A DNA stretch of 32,000 nucleotides, taken from assembly GCA_045646345.1 (NCBI GenBank), contig JAZRKN010000014.1:1-32000 (forward strand), in the 5' to 3' direction. Of this stretch, positions 1 to 8,973 are shown piece by piece. The position numbers were made by a program, and so were the translations under genes. Every line of letters begins with the position of its first letter. The first letter of the stretch is position 1. The notes beneath the pieces were generated by a model. The model did no database searches. It saw nothing but the letters and a program-made list of their open reading frames with translations, and was not told the DNA's origin. Source of the stretch: Candidatus Scatovivens sp. Its GTDB lineage: Bacteria; Bacillota; Clostridia; TANB77; CAG-508.

Positions 1-389
1 AAGAAAAATTTTTAAAAGAATTAAAAGACAACAGAAATCAAGATATTTTAAAAGGACATACAACTATAGGAATACAAAGAGATGATATTTATTTTTTTAT
101 AAACGGAAAAAAAATAGATGTATATGGATCGCAAGGGCAACAAAGGACAAGTATTTTATCATTAAAACTTGCAGAATTAGAAATAATAAAAGATGAAATA
201 GGGGAATATCCAATACTTTTATTAGATGATTTTATGTCTGAACTAGATGAAGAAAGAAGATTAAATTTTTTAAAAAACATAGAAAATACTCAAATAATAA
301 TAACATGTACAGATGATATAAATATAGAAAATGTAGAAATAAATAAATATGAAGTAAAAGAGGGAATTGTCTACGAAAAAAATATTTAA
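1..389 (+). CDS. recF: RecF recombination/replication protein, C-terminal part (5' end lies outside the window)
   Basis: Frame 3 is open from the window edge to TAA at 387-389. The translation reads ...YGSQGQQRTSILSLKLAELEIIKDEIGEYPILLLDDFMSELDEERRLNFL..., showing an SMC/RecF signature-like QGQQR and a Walker B/D-loop LLLDD. It sits in the canonical position just upstream of gyrB. It is absent from the ORF track because it has no start codon in the window. Confidence 0.85.
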   Translation, partial: EKFLKELKDNRNQDILKGHTTIGIQRDDIYFFINGKKIDVYGSQGQQRTSILSLKLAELEIIKDEIGEYPILLLDDFMSELDEERRLNFLKNIENTQIIITCTDDINIENVEINKYEVKEGIVYEKNI

Positions 390-398
390 AATAAAAGC

Positions 399-428
399 TT
401 GATTTTTATAAAACTTTAAATATATAAT
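399..428 (+). promoter_or_regulatory. Putative sigma-A promoter of gyrB
   Basis: TTGATT (399-404), 18-nt spacer, TATAAT (423-428). AAGGAGG RBS at 446-452 precedes the ATG at 463. Confidence 0.5.
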
Positions 429-447
429 TAAAGCGAAGAAAACCTAA

Positions 448-2391
<1,944 letters not shown>

Positions 2392-2421
2392 TTTTGTATT
2401 ATTAGAATATAGAAGAGAAAT

Positions 2422-2453
2422 AAAGATCATTTTTATGATCTTTATTTTTTTTT
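2422..2453 (+). terminator. Rho-independent terminator of gyrB
   Basis: AAAGATCAT / ATGATCTTT 9-bp stem with a 4-nt loop, followed by a run of 9 T. Confidence 0.8.
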
Positions 2454-2460
2454 GTAAAAT

Positions 2461-2496
2461 GATAAAGCCATAAGGATTTTCCTTATGGCTCTTATC
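2461..2496. repeat. Long stable hairpin / inverted repeat without a T-tract
   Basis: GATAAAGCCATAAGG-ATTTT-CCTTATGGCTCTTATC forms about 15 bp of stem with one bulge. It lies right after the gyrB terminator and no U-run follows on either strand. Confidence 0.5.
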
Positions 2497-3222
2497 ATCT
2501 ATAAAACTTATATTAACTTTCAGCTCAAACTAATATAACTAGTAGTTTAACCTAATGTATATTACTATACAAGTAAGCTATATACTACTTATATTAATCA
2601 GTTACTAGACTATTAATCTACTCTAAATAGCTATATTCATCCGCGTGGGACTAAAAATAACCACTTTTGAATAAAAGAATAATCATAACTTCGAATATAT
2701 AATATACTTTTCAAATCCTAAATATTTTAGCCACTTAGTTTGATATATTTTCTGGTTTTAGAAAATAATTATTTATAATGCTTAGAACTATCAAGCACAC
2801 AATATATTCTTTGTGTCCAACATAAAATACTAAAGTATTAACTTCAATATTTTATATTTTTACTCGATCCTTAATTACTAGTATTTAAAATACCAATAAT
2901 AAAGCTCTAAGTTAGGCTAATATAAATTTTATAATAGTATTATGTTCAAAAGAAAAAAATATATACAAAAAATAAAATTAGTAAAAAGTTCCATAAAAAA
3001 CATTTTTTTATAAGCCTTAATAAATCAAATAAAAATGAATTTTATTGATATAAAAATAACAAAAAAATTAATTATTGCTTACGGAATTAAAGACTTTGAA
3101 AAAATAGAAAATACATATAAAAAATAATTAATAATAAAAGAAAATTTCAAAAAATATATGACTTAGAAAAAATGGAAAATTGTATAATGTAAGTGAATAA
3201 GTATTAAGTAAAATATAATTAA

Positions 3223-3257
3223 ACAAAAAAAAGAGACCCCAACTGTGGGGCCAGGGG
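3223..3257 (-). terminator. Putative Rho-independent terminator of the 243-aa HTH gene
   Basis: On the minus strand, CCCCA-CAGT-TGGGG is followed by TCTCTTTTTTTTG. It lies about 60 nt past the stop at 3318. Confidence 0.55.
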
Positions 3258-3265
3258 ATTGTGCT

Positions 3266-3278
3266 ATTGGATTATTGC
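3266..3278. repeat. Left copy of a perfect 13-bp inverted repeat flanking the HTH gene
   Basis: ATTGGATTATTGC at 3266-3278. Its exact reverse complement GCAATAATCCAAT is at 4088-4100. Confidence 0.8.
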
Positions 3279-3317
3279 GAAATTAAAAAATCTAAAAACT
3301 TATTGTTCTAGACAAAA

Positions 3318-4049
3318 TTAATAAATAGTGTTAAAACCGCAAAGTTGCAAATCAGCCAAATCCTTAATTTCTTTAGAATTGGTTAATAAGCGAACTTTAA
3401 ATCCTTTTGAGTAAAGGTCACAACATACAGAAACAACACCGATTGAACGTTTTTTTCTGATTTCGAATGTAGGATCTTCAAAAAGGACTTCTTCTTTTAA
3501 ATTGACAAGATTAATTCTTTGAGTACTATAGATTACTGAAAGTAAATCTCTAGCCTCTTTTGAGATGTTAGATAATTTTTCGAGTTCTTTAATGCAAAAA
3601 GATGGCATATACATATCCAAACTTTCATTAAAGAATCCGCTTACACCTACGTTAAGAAGATAACCTGTTTCAACGACAAGGACTTCACTGATTTCTTCTG
3701 TCGAAATTTCGAATTCCTCGAATCCATCTTCTCTTTTTGTTTCATTATTTTCAACGATAGATTCAAAATCTTCGAAAGATTCAGCAGCTTTTTTTCTTGC
3801 TTTTTCTGTTTGGCGAAGCTTGTCTAAAAAATTGCGGTTGTAAGCATTACTACCTTCTGCATAAGAATTTTTAACAATCTCACGAATATAACCAAAAGTA
3901 TAGCCAAAATGGTCGGCAATTTCTTTTCTGGTTGCACCGTGTTTTGCCATTTGTTTGGCAATTTTAGCGATGGTAGATTCTGCATATCTTCGTGTTTTTT
4001 TATTGCACATTTCGTTTGTTACATTTGTTTCTTTTTCAGCTCTGCTCAT
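3318..4049 (-). CDS. Hypothetical protein with an N-terminal helix-turn-helix and a C-terminal domain of unknown function (possibly PIN-like)
   Basis: 243 aa. GAGGAA RBS lies upstream of the ATG, with its own consensus promoter. The HTH-like segment is GATRKEIADHFGYTFGYIREIV, followed by an acidic linker. The C-terminal beta-alpha pattern is VLVVETGYLL...MPSFCIKELEKL...VRLLTNSKEIKDLA. I recognise no family with certainty. Confidence 0.75.
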   Translation of the reverse strand: MSRAEKETNVTNEMCNKKTRRYAESTIAKIAKQMAKHGATRKEIADHFGYTFGYIREIVKNSYAEGSNAYNRNFLDKLRQTEKARKKAAESFEDFESIVENNETKREDGFEEFEISTEEISEVLVVETGYLLNVGVSGFFNESLDMYMPSFCIKELEKLSNISKEARDLLSVIYSTQRINLVNLKEEVLFEDPTFEIRKKRSIGVVSVCCDLYSKGFKVRLLTNSKEIKDLADLQLCGFNTIY

Positions 4050-4087
4050 ATTATTTCGTTCCTCATACTTTCTTTTCGCTCAAATGT

Positions 4088-4100
4088 GCAATAATCCAAT
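4088..4100. repeat. Right copy of the 13-bp inverted repeat, within the 5' UTR of the HTH gene
   Basis: GCAATAATCCAAT is the exact reverse complement of 3266-3278. It lies between the minus-strand -10 box (4124-4129) and the start codon (4049). Confidence 0.8.
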
Positions 4101-4123
4101 TTTCAATTTACAATCTATTAAAA

Positions 4124-4152
4124 ATTATAACATAAAAAATGGTAAAAAGCAA
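4124..4152 (-). promoter_or_regulatory. Sigma-A promoter of the HTH gene
   Basis: The minus strand reads TTGCTT, 17 nt, TATAAT, with TGt directly upstream of the -10 (extended -10). Confidence 0.65.
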
Positions 4153-4181
4153 CCGATTATGTAAAATAGCACTTAAAGGTA

Positions 4182-4210
4182 TTGATATAACAACACTTTT
4201 GTGTTATAAT
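4182..4210 (+). promoter_or_regulatory. Sigma-A promoter of the divergent small ORF
   Basis: TTGATA (4182-4187), 17 nt, TATAAT (4205-4210), preceded by TGt. It stands back to back with the minus-strand promoter, 30 bp apart. Confidence 0.65.
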
Positions 4211-4259
4211 TTTTTGGATACTTATTGTTTTTTTATACCTACGATTGGAGGAGAATGTG

Positions 4260-4499
4260 ATGAGCAGAACAAGAAGTTTATTACGGTTACTTGTTCTAAG
4301 AGTTTGGGTCTCAGAGGACTCATGGGCAGAACTCGAAAATTATTTTTGCATGAGAAAAGAGAATATTATAAAACGATTAGCTGAAATGCTAAGTGATGAT
4401 AATGACAGTTCTCGCAAAATTAATGTATTCTGCAAACAAGTAGAAAAAAATGAGAAAATAAGAAATTTAAATGCTCAACGGTTGGAAAGACCACATTAG
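4260..4499 (+). CDS. Hypothetical small protein (79 aa)
   Basis: GGAGGAG RBS (4247-4253) lies 6 nt before the ATG at 4260. The TTG at 4245 in the ORF track overlaps the RBS, so it is unlikely to be the start. The unit is bracketed by a consensus promoter and a strong terminator. The N-terminus SRTRSLLRLLVLRVWV is Arg-rich and amphipathic. No recognisable family, and an RNA function cannot be excluded. Confidence 0.55.
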   Translation: MSRTRSLLRLLVLRVWVSEDSWAELENYFCMRKENIIKRLAEMLSDDNDSSRKINVFCKQVEKNEKIRNLNAQRLERPH

Positions 4500-4525
4500 A
4501 AAGCGCTTTCAGCGCTTTCTTTTTT
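4499..4525 (+). terminator. Rho-independent terminator of the small ORF
   Basis: GAAAGCGC-TTTCA-GCGCTTTC followed by TTTTTT. The stem begins inside the stop codon. Confidence 0.8.
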
Positions 4526-4593
4526 GTTTATTTTAAATAAAAAAAGTCACAAAAAAATCACTATTTTTTAGTGTGTTTTTTTGCTGATTTTCC

Positions 4594-4622
4594 TTGATTT
4601 TTTGAGTGTTTTTTTATATAAT
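4594..4622 (+). promoter_or_regulatory. Putative sigma-A promoter of gyrA
   Basis: TTGATT (4594-4599), 17 nt, TATAAT (4617-4622). AAGAGGAG RBS precedes the ATG at 4659. Confidence 0.55.
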
Positions 4623-4658
4623 GCAAGTGGAAAATAATAAAGGAAAAGAGGAGAATAA

Positions 4659-7094
4659 ATGGAAAGGCAAGATGGAAAAATAATCGAAAGAAATATTGAG
4701 ACAGAAATGAAAACAGCCTATATTGATTATGCAATGAGCGTTATCGTTTCTCGTGCTTTACCTGATGCTAGAGATGGTTTAAAACCAGTTCATAGAAGAA
4801 TTCTTTATTCTATGCATGAAGATGGAATAACATCAGACAAACCATACAGAAAATGTGCTAATACAGTTGGTTCTGTTTTAGGAAGATATCATCCTCATGG
4901 TGATTCTTCAGTTTATGATGCAATGGTAAGACTTGCTCAAGATTTCTCAATGAGATATATGTTAATTGATGGTCATGGAAACTTTGGATCTATAGATGGT
5001 GACGGAGCAGCTGCGATGAGGTATACAGAAGCTAGAATGGCAAAAATTGCTGAACAAATGCTAGTTGATATCGAAAAAAATACTGTAAATTTCATGCCAA
5101 ACTATGACGATAGACTTCAAGAACCAACAGTTCTTCCTGCAAAAGTACCAGCATTATTAATTAATGGTTCATCTGGTATAGCAGTTGGTATGGCTACAAA
5201 TATTCCACCACATAACTTAACAGAAGTTATTAATGGTGCAATAAAAGTAATAGATAATCCAGAAGTTACAATTGAAGAACTTATGGAAGTTGTAAAAGGA
5301 CCAGATTTCCCAACAGGAGCTATGATTCTTGGAAAAGAAGGAATAAAAGAAGCTTATACAACAGGTAGAGGAAAAATAACAGTAAGAGCAGAGACAGAAA
5401 TCGAAGAAATGTCAGGAAACAAACAAAGAATTATTGTTTCATCATTACCATACCAAGTAAATAAAGCAAACTTAATAATTAAAATAGACGAACTTGTAAG
5501 AGAAAAGAAAATTGAAGGAATCTCTGAAGTAAGAGATGAATCTGATAGAAATGAAAGAGTAAGAATAGTAATTGAATTAAAAAGAGATGCAAGACCTCAA
5601 GTAATTTTAAATCAATTATTTAAACATACTCAAATGCAAGATACGTTTGGTGTAATAACACTTGCTTTAGTTGATGGAGAACCAAAAATATTAACATTAA
5701 AACAATGTTTAGAAGTGTATATAAAACACAGAAAAGAAGTTGTTTTAAGAAGAACAAAATTCGAGTTAGATAAAGCTGAAGCAAGAGCTCATATTTTAGA
5801 AGGTTTATTAATTGCTATAGATAATATTGACGAAGTAATCAAAATAATTAGAGAATCTTATGATGATGCTAAAGAAAGATTGATGGAAAGATTTAAACTT
5901 ACTGATATTCAAGCTCAAGCGATATTAGATATGCAATTAAAGAGATTATCAGGATTACAAAGAGAAAAACTAGAAGAAGAATATGCAGAATTAATGAAAT
6001 TAATTGCATACTACAAAGAAATCTTAGCTAGTGCAACTTTAGTATATGATATAATCAAAACTGAATTATTAGAAATAAAAGAAAAATTCGGAGATGAGAG
6101 ATTAACAAAAATTGCTCCTGCAGAAGGTGAATTTGAAGAAGAAGATCTTATCAAAGAAGAACAAACTGTAATAGCTTTAACTCACTTTGGATACATTAAG
6201 AGAATGCCTGTTGATACATATAAGAGCCAAAGAAGGGGAGGAAAAGGTATAACAGGAATTGCAACAAGAGAAGATGATTTTGTAAAAGAAATATTTACAG
6301 CATCTACTCATGATACAATTTTATTCTTCAGTAATAAAGGAAAAATGTATAGATTACGTGGATTTGAAATTCCAGAAGCTGGAAGAACAGCTAAAGGAAC
6401 AGCTATCGTAAACTTATTAAACTTAGAGTCTGGAGAAAAAATTTCAGCAATTATACCACTTCAAAATTTCGCAAGTGATAAATATTTATTAATGGGAACA
6501 AGAAATGGTTTAATTAAGAAAACACCACTTCCTGAATATGATTCAAATAGAAAAACAGGTTTAATGGGAATCACATTAAAAGATGATGATGAATTAATAG
6601 ATGTTAGATTAACTGATGGACAAGATAATGTTGTATTAGTTACTAGAAAAGGATTAAGTATCACATTTGATGAAAAAGACGTTAGACCAGTTGGAAGAAC
6701 AGCTCAAGGTGTAATTGGAATGAGATTAGATGACGGAGATTATGTTGTTGGTATGGAACCAATCATAGTTGGAAGCAATGCTACATTACTTACAATTACA
6801 GAAAATGGATTTGGTAAGAGAACAGAACTTGAAGAATACAGAGTTCAAAACAGAGGTGGACGTGGAGTTATAACATATAAAATCACTCCAAAAACTGGTG
6901 AAATCGTAGGAATCAAGATAGTAGATGGAACTGAAGATGTAATTTTAATTACAGATACAGGAACAATTATTAGATTAAACTCTGGAGAAATCAGTGTTCT
7001 TGGAAGATCAACACAAGGTGTTACTTTAATGAGAACAAATGAAGGAAAAGTTGTAAGCATCGAGAAAATAGTTGAAAAAGATGATGAAGTATAA
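4659..7094 (+). CDS. gyrA: DNA gyrase subunit A
   Basis: 811 aa. Motifs include AMSVIVSRALPDARDGLKPVHRRILY and the QRDR-type GRYHPHGDSSVYDAMVRLAQDF. The catalytic Tyr sits in AAAMRYTEARM. The C-terminal beta-pinwheel repeats are present. Confidence 0.98.
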   Translation: MERQDGKIIERNIETEMKTAYIDYAMSVIVSRALPDARDGLKPVHRRILYSMHEDGITSDKPYRKCANTVGSVLGRYHPHGDSSVYDAMVRLAQDFSMRYMLIDGHGNFGSIDGDGAAAMRYTEARMAKIAEQMLVDIEKNTVNFMPNYDDRLQEPTVLPAKVPALLINGSSGIAVGMATNIPPHNLTEVINGAIKVIDNPEVTIEELMEVVKGPDFPTGAMILGKEGIKEAYTTGRGKITVRAETEIEEMSGNKQRIIVSSLPYQVNKANLIIKIDELVREKKIEGISEVRDESDRNERVRIVIELKRDARPQVILNQLFKHTQMQDTFGVITLALVDGEPKILTLKQCLEVYIKHRKEVVLRRTKFELDKAEARAHILEGLLIAIDNIDEVIKIIRESYDDAKERLMERFKLTDIQAQAILDMQLKRLSGLQREKLEEEYAELMKLIAYYKEILASATLVYDIIKTELLEIKEKFGDERLTKIAPAEGEFEEEDLIKEEQTVIALTHFGYIKRMPVDTYKSQRRGGKGITGIATREDDFVKEIFTASTHDTILFFSNKGKMYRLRGFEIPEAGRTAKGTAIVNLLNLESGEKISAIIPLQNFASDKYLLMGTRNGLIKKTPLPEYDSNRKTGLMGITLKDDDELIDVRLTDGQDNVVLVTRKGLSITFDEKDVRPVGRTAQGVIGMRLDDGDYVVGMEPIIVGSNATLLTITENGFGKRTELEEYRVQNRGGRGVITYKITPKTGEIVGIKIVDGTEDVILITDTGTIIRLNSGEISVLGRSTQGVTLMRTNEGKVVSIEKIVEKDDEV

Positions 7095-7108
7095 TTTTAA
7101 TATATTAA

Positions 7109-7140
7109 GGAGACAAACTTAAATGTTTGTCTTCTTTTTT
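7109..7140 (+). terminator. Rho-independent terminator of gyrA
   Basis: GGAGACAAAC-TTAAAT-GTTTGTCTTC forms a 10-bp stem including one G-U pair, followed by TTTTTT. Confidence 0.75.
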
Positions 7141-7183
7141 ATTTAAAAAAAATATATTTAATGATATACTAAAAAAGCAACAT

Positions 7184-7219
7184 ATTAATCCACAATTTGT
7201 TAAACAATTGTGGATTAAT
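7184..7219. promoter_or_regulatory. 36-bp near-perfect palindrome upstream of the ykgJ-like gene (candidate operator or leader hairpin)
   Basis: ATTAATCCACAATT-TGTTAAAC-AATTGTGGATTAAT has perfect 14-bp arms. Each arm contains TAATCCACA, one mismatch from the DnaA-box consensus TTATCCACA. Confidence 0.5.
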
Positions 7220-7253
7220 AACAGTTAATTTTTAATAAAAATGGGGAAGACAT

Positions 7254-7868
7254 ATGGATATTTTAACATTAAAATCTAAAGTAAAATTAGGGTGTAATTT
7301 ATGTGATAAATGTTGTATTTATAGGGGAGATATTAGATTACTTCCGATTAATGTTTGGAGAATAAGTAAATATTTAAATATATCGGTAGAAGAATTTTTG
7401 AAAAAGTATACAGATAGACCAGAGGGAAGTTTATTAGAATTAGTATTAAAAACTACAGGTGATTTAAGACAATGTATTTTATATGATGAAACAGGAAAAA
7501 AATGTGGTATTCATAAAGTAAAACCGCTTCAATGTGTAATGTTTCCTTTGGTGCCAGAAAATTTAAAAAGAGATTATTTTGTTGATTCAGGACAATGTAG
7601 GTTAGAGGACGCAAAAGAAATTACAGTAAATGAATGGGTTAATGGAAATAATAAAATATATAGTAAGAATAAAAAAATATGTATGGAATGGATTCAATTT
7701 ATAGAATGGGCTCAAACGAAAATAAATGGATTTTCAGCAGATGAAATTGATGAGTTATATAAAATCCTTTTTGCTACATATAATTTGAAAAATTTCAACC
7801 TTGTAAAGCAAATGAGAAGGAATATGTGGAAGGTTGAAAAAATAATAAAGATAAAAACGAAGAAATAA
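7254..7868 (+). CDS. YkgJ-family Cys-cluster (putative Zn/Fe-chelating, UPF0153) protein
   Basis: 204 aa. N-terminal CNLCDKCC (CxxCxxCC) motif, plus later Cys residues in CILYDETGKKCGIHKVKPLQC. Confidence 0.75.
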   Translation: MDILTLKSKVKLGCNLCDKCCIYRGDIRLLPINVWRISKYLNISVEEFLKKYTDRPEGSLLELVLKTTGDLRQCILYDETGKKCGIHKVKPLQCVMFPLVPENLKRDYFVDSGQCRLEDAKEITVNEWVNGNNKIYSKNKKICMEWIQFIEWAQTKINGFSADEIDELYKILFATYNLKNFNLVKQMRRNMWKVEKIIKIKTKK

Positions 7869-7871
7869 AAA

Positions 7872-7903
7872 ACACACCTCTTTTTTTAAGAGGTGTGTTT
7901 TTT
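7872..7903. terminator. Bidirectional terminator between the ykgJ-like and dnaI-like genes
   Basis: ACACACCTCT / AGAGGTGTGT 10-bp stem, flanked by an A-run on one side and a T-run on the other. The T-run overlaps the stop of the minus-strand gene. Confidence 0.8.
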
Positions 7904-8924
7904 AAGCGTCTTTTTTAGCTTTTTTGAATCTCAAATCATCACCAAAGAATCTTAAGAAACGATAGTTTCCAGCTAAACGAGAGCCGATTCTTGTAGTATA
8001 TGTTTTAAATAATTCATCTACATTTAAGTTTGTAGATATTATAGTTTTTGTTATTTTGTGATTTTGATTTAAAAGTCTTGTGTTTATGATTGTAAATAAT
8101 TCTGTGATTTTGGAATCAGTTATTTTTTCTGTTCCTAAATCATCTATTATAAGTAAATCAACATTTAAAATATTTTCATATAAATCAAATCTTGCGTTTT
8201 CTCTTCCAAATTTTGCATCGTTTATTTCGTCAAACATTACAGGTGCAGTTTGATAAAGAACTGTTTTTCCAAGTTTTAACATTTCATTTGCGATACAGTT
8301 AGTTAAAAATGTTTTTCCAACACCTGTATTACCTGTAAAGATTAGATTTTTTTCTTCTGGATCATCAAAGTTTTCAATAAAATTTTTCACTTTTTCTCGA
8401 ATGATTTGCATATTTTCTTTTGGAGATAATTCAGATTTATAAAGTTCTTTATCAGCCTTATCAGAGAAGATTCTAATATTAAAGCTTGAAAAGTTTTCTC
8501 TTTCTAAATTTCCCATGTTAGATTTATTATAAGCAATATCAAATATTCTTTGTTTTAAGCAAGTACACATAGTTACTTTGCCATCTTTTTGAACATATCC
8601 AGTATCTTTACACAATTTGCATTCAAAATGTGGATTTAGATAATTGTTTTCTTTAGAAAGATTTTTTATAAAATCATTTTTTTCCTTTATTAAACTAGTA
8701 TTTTTCTTTTTTAAACTTGCAAGTAAAGATGCTTTTTCTTTCGAATCAGCTAAAAGAATAGCTTTTGAAGTTTGAAGAGAGTTTTGTGTTAATTCTTTAT
8801 CAATTTCTTGAAGTCTAGGATTAACTTGCATTAATTCTTTTTTTCTCTTTTCTGCGTCTAATATGGCTTGAGTTCTTTTATTATCATATTCTTTTAAAAC
8901 TTGCTTTAATAAAGAATTATCCAT
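7902..8924 (-). CDS. dnaI: DnaI/DnaC-like replicative helicase loader (AAA+ ATPase)
   Basis: 340 aa. N-terminal Cys4 element CKLCKDTGY...CTC, Walker A FTGNTGVGKTFL and Walker B LLIIDDLGTE. It lies directly downstream of a DnaD-domain gene. Confidence 0.8.
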   Translation of the reverse strand: MDNSLLKQVLKEYDNKRTQAILDAEKRKKELMQVNPRLQEIDKELTQNSLQTSKAILLADSKEKASLLASLKKKNTSLIKEKNDFIKNLSKENNYLNPHFECKLCKDTGYVQKDGKVTMCTCLKQRIFDIAYNKSNMGNLERENFSSFNIRIFSDKADKELYKSELSPKENMQIIREKVKNFIENFDDPEEKNLIFTGNTGVGKTFLTNCIANEMLKLGKTVLYQTAPVMFDEINDAKFGRENARFDLYENILNVDLLIIDDLGTEKITDSKITELFTIINTRLLNQNHKITKTIISTNLNVDELFKTYTTRIGSRLAGNYRFLRFFGDDLRFKKAKKDA

Positions 8925-8973
8925 TTAAATGTTTTCCTTGATTTAAATTTAGGTTTTTAATAGAGCCTATAAA

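Noticed and set aside
2941-3012. A possible leaderless 23-codon ORF (MFKRKKYIQKIKLVKSSIKNIFL) starting 6 nt after a TATAAT at 2929-2934.
   Set aside because: No acceptable -35 box lies at 16-18 nt. The peptide is low-complexity Lys-rich, as expected from A-rich DNA, so there is no supporting evidence.
2392-3317. A CRISPR array, tRNA, or known large ncRNA (OLE/ROOL/GOLLD-like) in the long gyrB-proximal non-coding region.
   Set aside because: There are no regularly spaced direct repeats, no cloverleaf-compatible segments and no GC-rich conserved helices. The sequence is almost uniformly A/T-rich. I cannot exclude an unknown RNA without transcript data or an Rfam scan.
3909-4384. Plus-strand ORFs 3909-4094, 3955-4164 and 4139-4384.
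   Set aside because: The first two are antisense to the HTH gene or its 5' UTR. The third spans the promoter region and is out of frame with the RBS-supported 4260 ORF. None has an RBS.
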